Position numbers and translations under genes: made by a program | In this document: piece after piece, positions 12,901 to 24,840 of the stretch | How positions within the stretch are numbered: the stretch's first letter is position 1 | How the letters are laid out: every line of letters starts with the position of its first letter | DNA from: Macrostomum hystrix | Lineage: Eukaryota > Animalia > Platyhelminthes | DNA: 64,000 nt | Direction of reading: 5' to 3' | NCBI GenBank assembly: GCA_950097015.1 | Contig: CATNEN010000009.1 | Location: 1,550,001-1,614,000, forward strand | Notes under the pieces: model-generated | What the model was told of the DNA's origin: nothing | Databases searched by the model: none | The model's input: only the letters and a program-made list of their open reading frames with translations

Positions 12901-13070
12901 AATAATGAAAAAATGACTGATTTATATTTAATTCATTTTTCTCACTCTGCTCATTCCTGCAAATCTATAACGATAATGGATTTAAAATTGATCCAGCCAC
13001 TTGACTTACCATTCACTGCATAAATGGTTATGCAAAGAAAGAACAGAAGAACTAGAGTGGTTATTGTCAT
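3995..13070 (-). CDS. GLG1: Golgi apparatus protein 1 (GLG1/ESL-1/MG-160/CFR), 10 coding exons, about 1224 aa
   Basis: Exons (minus): 13070-13010, 12283-11883, 11315-11055, 10768-10322, 9806-9196, 8207-7885, 7451-6937, 6398-6154, 5916-5652, 4540-3995. All junctions are GT-AG with matching phases; total 3675 nt. Signal peptide MTITTLVLLFFLCITIYAVNG. Cys-rich GLG1 repeats (NNFAVLECLQ, DYHNDRPLYYACRDERERLC..GAGRVLACL, DYRLNPELQRYC, ADIHVDPLLYKAC..GGGRQMRC), C-terminal TM helix and short basic tail. Confidence 0.95.
4600..5640. repeat. 33-bp minisatellite filling GLG1 intron 9 (gagtgggtcaaccaaagattccaatgggtcaca)
   Basis: Tandem copies; they generate the repetitive FQWVTEWVNQR / PKIPMGHRVGQ pseudo-ORFs. 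Confidence 0.95.
5952..6135. repeat. 21-bp minisatellite in GLG1 intron 8 (gacctgacacattgacataga)
   Basis: About 9 tandem copies. Confidence 0.9.
6470..6920. repeat. ~21/42-bp minisatellite in GLG1 intron 7 (ggattatcgtgggtcatggcc)
   Basis: Imperfect tandem copies. Confidence 0.85.
7465..7860. repeat. 17-bp minisatellite in GLG1 intron 6 (gaattagaacaggatca)
   Basis: About 20 tandem copies. Confidence 0.95.
8237..9018. repeat. Compound minisatellite in GLG1 intron 5: ~55-60-bp unit (gggtgcccagcgacggatgtacttttgc...) followed by 24-bp unit (ctcctgctgcgattctagccatga)
   Basis: About 5 long units at 8237-8500, then about 21 24-mers at 8510-9018. Confidence 0.9.
9880..10310. repeat. 21-bp minisatellite in GLG1 intron 4 (gagtgccattttcccagtttg grading into gtccattgtgccattctctta)
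   Basis: Tandem copies with a variant switch midway. Confidence 0.9.
10812..11025. repeat. 31-bp minisatellite in GLG1 intron 3 (gtgtacacaggccccacaaacagcaatctgt)
   Basis: About 7 near-perfect tandem copies. Confidence 0.9.
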
Positions 13071-13744
13071 ATCTTTAAACATTCTTTGCATCCTTCGTCT
13101 AGGATCAGAAAACTCAAATAAATGCAAATGTCAATTCAGACAGCTAGATTATATAATCTATAAGAATCTAACTTCTGTATAAAAATCGTTGAGCAGCTTG
13201 GTTTATAACTAAATCAGTTTTAATAGATAAATTGTGCTAAGGAACTGTCCTGCATTGAAAGCTTAATAGTGGAGTTCAATGAATTAGCGGAATGGCGGCT
13301 TAATAGTTGCAGTTACGCGCATTATTCAGAGTAGACTATATATATTAAAGCGCCAAAAATCCCGGAACTGTAACAAGGAAATGTTTCTGTGAAAATGTCT
13401 CATTTAAAATATATGTTTTGTTGTGAAAAACAAATATATTCAATTTAAGCCTTAAAGATAACTATGATACATGTTTAAATTTTTTTAAATCTTTAGCGTT
13501 TCAAATCGCAGAGCCCTAACTTTTTTACTTTATATTTTTTAGGTGCGCGAAAATTTTGTACACGTGGCACGTGTGGTAACTGACAGTTATCCTTATGTTC
13601 CTGGAAGTTGGCTTGAATTATAAAATTTTTTTTCATATAAAATGAGCAATCGATTGTGCTAAAGGTCATATTCTATCCCATTCGATCTTGAATTCTCACG
13701 CGAATTATTATTGAGCTTTTATCTTCTGAATAATATAGTCAATT

Positions 13745-15171
13745 ATGAAGTACCTAAACAACATAAAAGTATTCGATTTTCTTGAGTGTCCAAATTTAAA
13801 GTTGCGAAGCCCATCATGGGTAAAAACTCCCAATCCAATGTTAGTCTTAACCGTGGCAATGGTCTTCTACTTTGTAATTACAGCAGGTAAATATAATAGA
13901 CTGCATGGGTCTGAAGAGACAGGAAATTGTTTTAATTTCACACACTAATACAAAGTACAGATGAATTTATATATCACAAATTTCAATTATATATATATAT
14001 AGGCTTAGACTATGGATTTTAAAAAATCAAGAAAAGCTAGTCCTAACTCCAGCTTCCGAATTTTTGATGGATGTAAATTACAAGTTTATAAAATTAAAGT
14101 ATAATTTTTAGGATTTTTTTAAACCTAATGGACAAATAAAAAATAAACAAACTAAAAAATACTATAAATATTATTTAAAGTTTTTCATTGAGTTTTCTGG
14201 CTATAAAGCGATTCAGTACAATGACATTATTTTTTATCAAGCAACTCATGTAGTATACTTAAGCATGGTATTTCAATTTCTAGGAGTAATCTATGACATT
14301 GTCCTCGAGACGCCATCAATTGGTTCACGACTTGATGCCCAGGGCAGGAGTCGACCTGTAAGTATAGTCAATCTTGTTTGTTTGCTACTTATGTCTACTT
14401 AAATGACTGTACAACCTTGGCTCTTTTGTATTGTCACTATGTAAAAATCCTGCTCTGTATACTGATCTCTAACCCCCCATAGGTGGCCTTTCTGCCCAAC
14501 CGAGTGAACGGGCAGTACATCATGGAGGGCCTGGCCGCCAGCTGCATGTTCGCTCTGGGCTCCTGCGGCTTCATCATCCTGGACCAGGTCCACAGCCGGC
14601 AGGGCATGCCGCGGCTGAGCCGGCTCATGCTCACAGCCGTGGGCGTGCTGGCTACTCTCATTGGCTTCTTTGTTTGCCGCGTGTTCGTCAAGATCAAGCT
14701 GCCGTATGGCCTAACCGTTGCTTTTTGCTCTTTATTTTTTGCCCCTTCGCGCTGGGTCGCTGGCTCAGGCCATAGAAGGCCAATATAAAGTGAAACAGTA
14801 GAGAAACCCTGCTCATATCGAGTCAACAAAATAGAAGCGCTTTGAGTCGGAAGCCAGTGCATGTATAGCTTCTCTGAAATATCAAACCCACTGACTGGCA
14901 AGTGCACCGCTGATTCAAAGGCCTGTCACCGCGTCTGCTTTAATTTCACCTAAGAAGTCTTTCATCTGTCGCCGGCACTTCCAGCCACAGCAAATCAGAA
15001 ACAGCTGAGGGCCGAGGCTCGACTTGCTAGGAATGATGTAGGACTCATGATGCCCCTAGTAGTTCTCTGTTCTTCGAAGCTTTTGCAACAGATTTTCTGA
15101 CGCATTTCACTGATGCCTGATACCCCGATACCACGACACCGATGTTTTTCAGGTCTTACCTTGCCAAGTAG
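13745..15171 (+). CDS. OSTC: Oligosaccharyltransferase complex subunit OSTC (DC2), 4 coding exons
   Basis: Exons 13745-13886, 14284-14357, 14483-14703, 15153-15171 (GT-AG, phases consistent). Protein ..FLECPNLKLRSPSWV..P..M.V...[66 protein letters not shown] matches OSTC along its length. The exact start codon is less certain. Confidence 0.93.
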
Positions 15172-16098
15172 GTCCGGAGTCTGTGGCTCAGCTGATGCTC
15201 TGCTACAGCTGGCATTTTTTCTTAAATTTTCTAGTTTTTTGCGGTGGCTTCATTTCGTTCTATTCTCTTCCTCCCACGCATTTTTGATTCCGGGAATTAG
15301 TTTTACTCTCTCGGTGCATCGCAGCCATAGTGCGAGGGTCTTCCTTTTTACTTACGCATTTCGTCTTTTGCAAAACATCTACTTAACTGACCGTTTGACA
15401 TTGGCTATTGAAATAGCTTTGACTCACCTGAAATTAAATTTATAAACTTTCTTCGCGCTGTTAAACACTTTCCTTATACGAGCCTGTATCATTTAAGAGC
15501 TGTTTTGTCTTAACAGTTTGTCTTACAAGAACAGGTGTTAATTGACCATTATTAACTTTTCTTCCTATTATTGTGCGAGCTAGTGACCACAAATACACAC
15601 CAGCACAGCGTTTTACTAAGCCTCCAAGTCTTGGTTCTATCTCATTTAAATTAAAGTTGAATGTTTCTTAATGGATCAAATGGTTCAACTAATTTGGTTT
15701 GCTAAGATGCAATGAAGATCATACTTGACGAACGAACTGAAGTCTCAAATGAATGCATGGGTTTGCCAGCCACGAAACTAATATTCGAGTAAAATAGTGC
15801 AAATTTATATTACATTTGAGATCTGTAAGTGTAGAAAAGAGTTTTTCAGATTTTGCAGCCATTTGTATTGTCTCGGGAAAAAACTGTCAAGGAAAATCGT
15901 GCGAAACTTTGAATACCTGATAATAAGCAGCTTCCTGCTATCCATCTACCAGTCCAACATCAAACGGCATTGAACACAGAACTCGGACACGCCAAAGATG
16001 GAGCAAGAAGACAGCAAAGCAATTAAGTCAGTAAATTGCCACTGCAAATCATGTGGCGCATTTTGCTCAACTCGAACAAAAAACTCAAGCGCTCAGCG

Positions 16099-17898
16099 TC
16101 AGACGCTCTCATTGTCTGTCGGGCAGACCGCGTTCCGCGTGAACCACGCCCTGAAACAGCAGCATAAGCCGCGCCCGCCGCCCTCATTGATCTCTCCTAC
16201 TCCGCCGCGGCCCGCCTGGAGAAGGTCCTCTGCGCTCTCGGCGTCAATCCGAAGCATCGCGGCCTTGGCCTCCTCCTCTGACTGCAGCTGCTGCAGGTGC
16301 AGCTCCCCAGGTGGGCAAGCGGCCGCTTCCTCATCGCTGCTCCGGCTCAGCTGGCCTCGCTCTTGGTACTTCGAGCTGCGCTGAACCTGCTCCCTGATTG
16401 GCTGCGTTGGGGCCACAGTACGGCCATTGGCAACCGCTGCGCCGTTCCCTCGTCTTCGCCTGCTGCTCTGCTGTAGCCAGTCGGGCGTCTCCTCCGTCTC
16501 GTTGGCTTCATCGGCTGTCGCTGCTTCTTCAGTTGCCGCCAAGCTCTCTAGGCGACGCTTCAGGTCTTCGTACTTCATGCTGCGGTTCTTGCTCGCTGGC
16601 GGCATACCACCGGCCTCGGTGATGCTTGGCTCGCTCTCTACTCGCTGCGTTGGTGATCTGGCTGCAGTGTCCTCATCATCCGCCTTCTCCACGGGACACT
16701 CATCGCCAGATGCTTGGGGAGCCTCCGCCCCCTTCTTCTCGTCCGTGGCCTCCTGAGTGACGTATCCTTTGCTGCCAGCGCCATCGTTCGGCTCGGACAA
16801 CCGGCTGCTTGCATCATCAGCATCGTCCCTTCTAATTTCTGCCTGTTGCTGCTCTAAGAAGTCGTTGCTGATTTTCTCGCCATCCGTATTTTTGTCATCT
16901 ATCTCATATTCGTTCGTAGCAGTGCAGACTACTTCTTCGCTTCGATGTTGATTGTAAAGTGACTGGGTATCATCTTTATTTTTTATTTCACTGCCAGCCG
17001 CATGGTCTCCCAGCCAGTGGTGGCCCCTGCTTCCCTCCTCACCAAGTTTGTCTTCTATTTCTTCTACGGGTTGGCTAATGACAGGAAGAGCTGCTTCACA
17101 AGCCTGCTCTGCCGTATCCTCGTTGGTATTGTCAGGTTCAGGTTGCAGGTCAGTACATTGAACCTGTTCTTGCTTCTCCACATCTTCATTACTTCTACTT
17201 CTTTCTTCCATCTGCAACGCGCCCGATGCACCATTTATTAGTTCGTCAGGTGGCTGGTTGTCTACCGCCTCGTCCGATGCACCATTTATCAGTTCGTCAA
17301 GTGGCTGGTTGTCTACCGCCTCATTCAATGCACCATTTATTAGTTCGTCAGGTGGCTGGTTGTCTACCGCCTCGTCCGATGCACCATTTATTAGTTCGTC
17401 CGGTGGCTGGTTGTCTACCGCCTCGTCCAATGCACCATTTATCAGTTCGTCAGGTGGCTGGTTGTCTACCGCCTCGTCGATCGCAGCATGCTGCGCTTTC
17501 TCAGCTTCGAGCATTTCGGGAGGCTGTGGGGCATCAGGGATTTGCCCATCTCCAGTGCAGGAATCACCTTTTGACTTTATTTTTCGCTTTTTCTTTTTGG
17601 CTGTTTTAGTTTCGATCTGCTGCAGCTGCTTCTGCTCTGGGTGGCTCTCAGCTGAGGCCGAGTCTGCTTCTGACTGCGCCGACGGAAACTCGAACGAGAC
17701 GCGGCTGTGACGCTTGCGCACTTTCCTGCGGGCACCGCCGCCCGCCTCGGCTGGAGGGTCCTGCGGACTGGCCCTGTCCGGCACATTCTCCACCTGGTTG
17801 TCGCTCTGCTGCAGCGCCTCGAAACGCTCTGCCGCCCTTGACTGCGCCTCCTGGAGCACCGCCAGGGCCGCGGACGCTGCGGCTTCAGCCTCATCCAT
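16099..17898 (-). CDS. Uncharacterised acidic, largely disordered 599-aa protein with 5x 17-aa repeat and a C-terminal CCC motif
   Basis: Long uninterrupted ORF with E/D/A/Q-rich composition, a basic KKKKRKIKSK patch, repeat DEAVDNQPPDELINGA(S/L) at 17224-17480 and tail GLCCCFRAWF. No family recognised; 5' exons possible. Confidence 0.65.
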   Translation of the reverse strand: MDEAEAAASAALAVLQEAQSRAAERFEALQQSDNQVENVPDRASPQDPPAEAGGGARRKVRKRHSRVSFEFPSAQSEADSASAESHPEQKQLQQIETKTAKKKKRKIKSKGDSCTGDGQIPDAPQPPEMLEAEKAQHAAIDEAVDNQPPDELINGALDEAVDNQPPDELINGASDEAVDNQPPDELINGALNEAVDNQPLDELINGASDEAVDNQPPDELINGASGALQMEERSRSNEDVEKQEQVQCTDLQPEPDNTNEDTAEQACEAALPVISQPVEEIEDKLGEEGSRGHHWLGDHAAGSEIKNKDDTQSLYNQHRSEEVVCTATNEYEIDDKNTDGEKISNDFLEQQQAEIRRDDADDASSRLSEPNDGAGSKGYVTQEATDEKKGAEAPQASGDECPVEKADDEDTAARSPTQRVESEPSITEAGGMPPASKNRSMKYEDLKRRLESLAATEEAATADEANETEETPDWLQQSSRRRRGNGAAVANGRTVAPTQPIREQVQRSSKYQERGQLSRSSDEEAAACPPGELHLQQLQSEEEAKAAMLRIDAESAEDLLQAGRGGVGEINEGGGRGLCCCFRAWFTRNAVCPTDNESV

Positions 17899-18639
17899 GC
17901 CTGATTTTGTCCTGTCACTTTCTCTTACTATCTGGTCGCCGGGCTCTTTTTAGCCAAGCTGCAGCGATGGAGACGCGGGGTCGAGACCTAGCTGTTGCCA
18001 TAGAAACCAGTAGCCCCTCCCCTTTTCCTTTGCTCAGTTTAGATATGGCGGTCTCGGGGCTCAGGTCCGGTTCTGTGAGCTGGCGATGCATAATTAATGC
18101 GCCCGCGGGCTGGGCCAAGGCCCCAACCAGAGCAAGACCGCCGCCGCGCTGGCTCTATTAGCCCAGTCGCGCCAGGTTTTACTGCGCATTAGTACCCGCA
18201 CAGCCGCGCTCATTCGCCTTTTTCCCTGAGACTGCACACTTCTGACATCTGGCGGCGTGCGACATTTCGTTGTCTTCATAATTCTGCAGTAAGCCTTAGC
18301 ACTTATATGCTGTTCGGGTTTACAGAGGGCTAGAAGGCCAAAAGCTTGCGGCACTACCCGGGTTACTCACTCAGCCAGTGAGTACTATGACATTTTAGTA
18401 CTCTTCCTGGGGCACTCTGTTTTATAATCATTGATAAATTGTACTTTTGTGCTTTACTGTCAGTGACTTGTGACCTAGTACTCGGTTTATCCTAATGATG
18501 CCTCTGCAAATCCAAAGATTCACAATTAGCATGCGTGAGACTACAGTTGACCTTGTGATTGGATTGCTTTGCTTTGGTTTGGTTTGGTTTGCCGTTGTTG
18601 GATTGCCTTGGTTGAGTTAAGGAAGTCTAGGTGTCGAAC

Positions 18640-19060
18640 TCAAGGACTCAGGTGCCAGAGCACCAACTGCAGTGCTCGAACTCAAGGACTCAGGTGTCAG
18701 AGCACCAACTCCAGTGCTGGAACTCAAGGACTCAGGTGTCAGAGCACCAACTGCAGTGCTCGAACTCAAGGACTCAGGTGTCAGAGCACCAACTCCAGTG
18801 CTGGAACTCAAGGACTCAGGTGTCAGAGCACCAACTCCAGTGCTGGAACTCAAGGACTCAGGTGTCAGAGCACCAACTGCAGTGCTCGAACTCAAGGACT
18901 CAGATGTCAGAGCACCAACTGCAGTGCTCGAACTCATGGACTCAGGTGTCAGAGCACCAACTCCAGTGCTCGAACTCATGGACTCAGGTGTCAGAGCACC
19001 AACTCCAGTGCTCGAACTCATGGACTCAGGTGTCAGAGCACCAACTTCAGAGCTCGAATC
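18640..19060. repeat. 42-bp minisatellite (gaactcaaggactcaggtgtcagagcaccaactgcagtgctc)
   Basis: About 10 tandem copies. Confidence 0.92.
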
Positions 19061-20043
19061 GGCGCCAAATCCCTTCTCAGCAGCGCAGCTCAAAATGTAC
19101 TTTGAAGCGGGGACATCACGGGCCACTGTGTGCGTGGAAGCCATCTGGCATGCAGAAAAGTGCACCTGCAGCTGCGCGGGGCACCCGCATCAGACGCGTG
19201 GAACTTTGAAGGGGAAATGACTTCAGTGCAGCTGTGGCTGGCAGTTGGGGAATCGAGAATAAATTACGACCGGAAGCAAGCACTAAATTTCCTCTGGGAC
19301 CGAGGGCTCCTGACGAGCTCCTTCCGGCAGCAATAGGGTCAAGCAAAAATGATCACCTCCTGGACTCTGTCGTTGCCACAGCGAGCAGACCAATAGTGGC
19401 GCCCTCAGCTCAGCTTGAGCACACCGCTGCCTGTTAGACAGTACTAAAGTGTAACTTAAATACTGTAAATGTGTTAGACAGTACTGTGTGAAGCTCTGAG
19501 AAGTGGAATAACTATTAAATAGTCGAGCGGTCGGCTGCACGCTGCTATTATTTTACCGATAATAATCAAGACAAATATCTTGGCCTTAATCGCGGGGGAG
19601 AAGCAGAAATTTACTACCAATAAAAGCCACTGCCGAGGCTTGAAGTCCAGTCGGGTCGGTCTATCCTATTCGCGGTATTTGCAGTCGGCCCAAATTGTAA
19701 GCCCATACGCTCAGAGCGAAAGTCTGTCCCGGAATAATAAAATGGCCGTCTCCACTGCGAATTCACTGAATACTCACTGGGTCGAGGCGTGATTTATGCA
19801 TGCCGATTAGAAGGCCAGCTATCAGCTCGAGTGAGGACCTGAACTTGAAGCCAACCCCTCAGTTTGAGCAGGAGGGGATATGAAACTCGAGCTGTGATGC
19901 GATGGGATAAAATTAACTGGCCAGCGACTCTCGCATCCTCATTGGATTTCTCCTCCACACTGAGAATAGGGAGTCGGGGGATCAGACAGGCGTATTTAGG
20001 GCCGGCTGAGTCCCCTAATCCTCCAAGCAGACTCCCGCCAGCC

Positions 20044-21715
20044 ATGGGAACGAAATCCTCTAAGCTGAGCCCGCGCGAGCTCCGCGACCTGACGAGGCAG
20101 ACGCAGTTCACCGAGGCCGAGCTGCAGAGCTGGTACCGCGGCTTCCTCAAGGACTGCCCGAGCGGCCAGCTGGCCCGGCCCGAGTTCCAGCGCATCTACG
20201 CCAGCTTCTTTCCCAACGGCGACGCTTCCAGATTCGCCGCGCACGTGTTCCGCACCTTCGACCGGGACGGCAACGACCGCATCGACTTTCGCGAGTTCGT
20301 CTGCGCCCTGAGCGTCACCTCGCGCGGCAGCCTGGAGCAGAAGCTGGCCTGGGCCTTCGCCATGTACGATCTGGACGGCGACGGCTTCATCAGCCGCAGC
20401 GAGATGCTGGAGATTGTGCGGGTGCGACCCCGGGCAATTCTTATCGATAATTTCCCCTTCCACAGTAGGGCATCGTGGCTGAGCTGAGTTGCAGCTCAAA
20501 CATTTCGGTGCTAGTTGACAGAACAAATAGAAAATTGGAGGTAGTCAAAAATGCTATTACTATAGGCAGCAGTGAGTGCGAATGGCTATTTACTTTGCCA
20601 AGCTTCCACAAATTAATTTCACTGAAAGTGAAACACTAGGGCCATTCTAAATCCTTTCTAAATTGCACTTAAAAATTATTGTTAAAAATCCATCTGAAGA
20701 ATGTGAATTGGAGTTAAAAAATTATTTAGAAAGATTTTTTGTTTCAGTGAACCAAGCGACTCAACAGATGTAACTCACCGAGCGATCCGAGAGAGCTCAA
20801 GCCACCATCTCAACTTACCTCAGGCAATCAGGAATCAATCAAAATTTGAGCCCTGGCAGAGCTGGAACCATGGGCTGAAACTTAAAGAGCTACCCAACTA
20901 TCAGACCCCCTGACACTGGAACCCTGACACTGGAACCCTGACACTGGAACCCTGACACTGGAACCCTGACACTGGAACCCTGACACTAGAACCCTGACAC
21001 TGGAACCCTGACACTGGAACCCTGACACTGGAACCCTGACACTAGAACCCTGACACTGGAACCCTGACACTAGAACCCTGACACTGGAACCCTGACACTA
21101 GAACCCTGACACTGGAACCCTGACACTGGAACCCTGACACTGGAACCCTGACACTAGAACCCTGACACTGGAACCCTGACACTGGAACCCTGACACTGGA
21201 ACCCTGACACTGGAACCCTGACACTGGAACCCTGACACTGGAACCCTGACACTGGAACCCTGACACTGGAACCCTGACACTGGAACCCTGACACTGGAAC
21301 CCTGACACTAGAACCCTGACACTGGAACCCTGACACTAGAACCCTGACACTGGAACCCTGACACTAGAACCCTGACACTGGAACCCTGACACTAGAACCC
21401 TGACACTGGAACCCTGACACTGGAACCCTGACACACTGAGCCCTGGCACCAGAGCCCTGCACTGGCACCAGAGCCCTGACGCCCTCGCTCCCCTTGCAGG
21501 CAATCTACAGCATGATGGGCGCCGTTTCGGACATGCCCGAGGACGAGCTGACCCCGGAGAAGCGCACGGACAAGATCTTCGGCCAGATGGACCGCAACCT
21601 GGACGGGCGCCTCTCAGTGGAAGAGTTCATCGAGGGTGCCAAGTCCGATCCGAGCATCGTGCGCCTGCTGCAGCATCAACCCGGGGACCCGGCGGCCGCC
21701 GACGAAGCTCCCTGA
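20044..21715 (+). CDS. Neurocalcin/hippocalcin-like neuronal calcium sensor (EF-hand), 2 exons, 197 aa
   Basis: Exon 1 20044-20421 ([38 protein letters not shown]...[39 protein letters not shown]). Exon 2 21500-21715 ([47 protein letters not shown]). The intron follows the EMLEIV motif, and the N-terminal MG is a myristoylation motif. Confidence 0.95.
20913..21435. repeat. 14-bp minisatellite in the neurocalcin intron (gacact(g/a)gaaccct)
   Basis: About 37 near-perfect copies. Confidence 0.95.
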
Positions 21716-22280
21716 TTGGTTGGGGATCTAGTCAGTTCTGATTGGTTGCGGATCTAGTCGGTTCTGATTGGTTGACGAGATAAACATATTTGATTGGCTG
21801 ATTCACTGCAAATATGATTGATTGTCTATTATCTGAATTTGCTGATGGATGAATTATTGTATTAAAAATGTAAGCTAATAAATGTAAAGGCACTGAATGA
21901 CGGACTATAAGTTATTTTGCTGTACAACCTAGCCACCAGTACATCTACAGTATTCAAAGCATTGTCTAGAAATTATTCTGTCTAATTAATTTATGAATAT
22001 AGTCACGATATATTTGTAGTTTAATCATATCGTTTGCCTGTTGTTAGTTTTGCTTTGTTCTTAATTATTTAAAAGTCTATCAAATCACTAATTGAATAAA
22101 AAAGAAAAAAAGGCTTTTGATAAATTCTTATATTAATTTTACTGGCGCGAATTTTGAGACCCCAGACAAAACACGCGTGCTGTTTAAAATATTTTAAGCT
22201 TCACTTTTCTAAGTATTTTAGTTCCGCTGAGAACTACAAGAGACATTAGTTGTCCGTGAGACCTACTCAATTCTAAATCT

Positions 22281-24840
22281 ATTCAGAGACTACTCAGTCA
22301 GTATCTACTCAGAGACTACTCAGTCCATATCTACTCAGAGACTACCCAGTCAATATCTACTCAGAGACTACCCAGTCAATATCTACTCAGAGACTACCCA
22401 GTCAATATCTACTCAGAGTCTACTCAGTCAATATCTACTCAGAGACTACTCAGTCAATATCTACTCAGAGACTACTCAGTCAATATCTACTCAGAGACTA
22501 CCCAGTCAATATCTACTCAGAGACTACCCAGTCAATATCTACTCAGAGACTACCCAGTCAATATCTACTCAGAGACTACCCAGTCAAAATTTACTCAGAG
22601 TCTACCAGCAAAGATCGATTTAGAGACTACTCAGTCAATATCTACTCAGAGACTACCCAGTCAATATCTACTCAGAGACTACTCAGTCAATATCTACTCA
22701 GAGACTACTCAGTCAATATCTACTCAGAGACTCTCAGTCAATATCTACTCAGAGACTACTCAGTCCATATCTACTCAGAGTCTACTCAGTCAATATCTAC
22801 TCAGAGTCTACTCAGTCAATATCTACTCAGAGACTCTCAGTCAATATCTACTCAGAGACTACTCAGTCCATATCTACTCAGAGTCTACTCAGTCAATATC
22901 TACTCAGAGTCTACTCAGTCAATATCTACTCAGAGTCTACTCAGTCAATATCTACTCAGAGTCTACTCAGTCAATATCTACTCAGAGACTACCCAGTCAA
23001 TATCTACTCAGAGACTACTCAGTCAATATCTACTCAGAGACTACTCAGTCAATATCTACTCAGAGACTACTCAGTCAATATCTACTCAGAGACTACTCAG
23101 TCAATATCTACTCAGAGACTACTCAGTCAAAATTTACTCAGAGTCTACCAGCAAAGATCGATTTAGAGACTACTCAGTCAATATCTACTTAGAGACTACC
23201 CAGTCAATATCTACTCAGAGACTACTCAGTCAATATCTACTCAGAGACTACCCAGTCAATATCTACTCAGAGACTACTCAGTCAATATCTACTCAGAGAC
23301 TACTCAGTCAATATCTACTCAGAGACTACTCAGTCAATATCTACTCAGAGACTACTCAGTCAATATCTACTCAGAGACTCTCAGTCAATATCTACTCAGA
23401 GACTACTCAGTCCATATCTACTCAGAGTCTACTCAGTCAATATCTACTCAGAGTCTACTCAGTCAATATCTACTCAGAGACTCTCAGTCAATATCTACTC
23501 AGAGACTACTCAGTCCATATCTACTCAGAGTCTACTCAGTCAATATCTACTCAGAGTCTACTCAGTCAATATCTACTCAGAGACTACTCAGTCAAAATTT
23601 ACTCAGAGTCTACCAGCAAAGATCGATTTAGAGACTACTCAGTCAATATCTACTCAGAGACTACTCAGTCCATATCTACTCAGAGTCTACTCAGTCAATA
23701 TCTACTCAGAGTCTACTCAGTCAATATCTACTCAGAGTCTACTCAGTCAATATCTACTCAGAGACTACTCAGTCAAAATTTACTCAGAGTCTACCAGCAA
23801 AGATCGATTTAGAGACTACTCAGTCAATATCTACTCAGAGACTACCCAGTCAATATCTACTCAGAGACTACCCAGTCAATATCTACTCAGAGACTACCCA
23901 GTCAATATCTACTCAGAGACTACTCAGTCAATATCTACTCAGAGACTACCCAGTCAATATCTACTCAGAGACTACCCAGTCAATATCTACTCAGAGACTA
24001 CTCAGTCCATATCTACTCAGAGACTACCCAGTCAATATCTACTCAGAGACTACCCAGTCAATATCTACTCAGAGTCTACTCAGTCAATATCTACTCAGAG
24101 ACTACTCAGTCAATATCTACTCAGAGACTACCCAGTCAATATCTACTCAGAGACAACTCAGTCAATATCTACTCAGAGACTCTCAGTCAATATCTACTCA
24201 GAGACTACTCAGTCCATATCTACTCAGAGTCTACTCAGTCAATATCTACTCAGAGTCTACTCAGTCAATATCTACTCAGAGTCTACTCAGTCAATATCTA
24301 CTCAGAGACTACTCAGTCAAAATTTACTCAGAGTCTACCAGCAAAGATCGATTTAGAGACTACTCAGTCAATATCTACTCAGAGACTACCCAGTCAATAT
24401 CTACTCAGAGACTACCCAGTCAATATCTACTCAGAGACTACTCAGTCAATATCTACTCAGAGACTACCCAGTCAATATCTACTCAGAGACTACCCAGTCA
24501 ATATCTACTCAGAGACTACTCAGTCAATATCTACTCAGAGACTACCCAGTCAATATCTACTCAGAGACTACTCAGTCAAAATTTACTCAGAGTCTACCAG
24601 CAAAGATCGATTTAGAGTCTACTCAGTCAAAGTCTACTCAGAGTCTACTCAGAGTATCTACTCCGAGTCTACTCAGTCAAAGTCTACTCAGAGTCTACTC
24701 AGAGTATCTACTCCGAGTCTACTCAGTCAAAGTCTACTCAGAGTCTACTCAGAGTCTACTCAGAGTATCTACTCCGAGTCTACTCAGTCAAAGTCTACTC
24801 AGAGTCTACTCAGAGTATCTACTCCGAGTCTACTCAGTCC
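22281..24840. repeat. 26-bp satellite array (agagactac(t/c)cagtcaatatctactc), ~2.5 kb
   Basis: Continuous tandem array with recurrent variant blocks. Confidence 0.97.

Noticed and set aside
19080-19340. GC-rich stretch after the 42-bp array with short ORFs (HCVRGSHLACRKVHLQL..FLWDRGLL)
   Set aside because: It could be an exon, but I could not establish splice sites, a start or any homology.
19864-20043. 60-aa N-terminal extension of the neurocalcin ORF
   Set aside because: The family starts at myristoylated MG, and gccATGG at 20044 has strong Kozak context.
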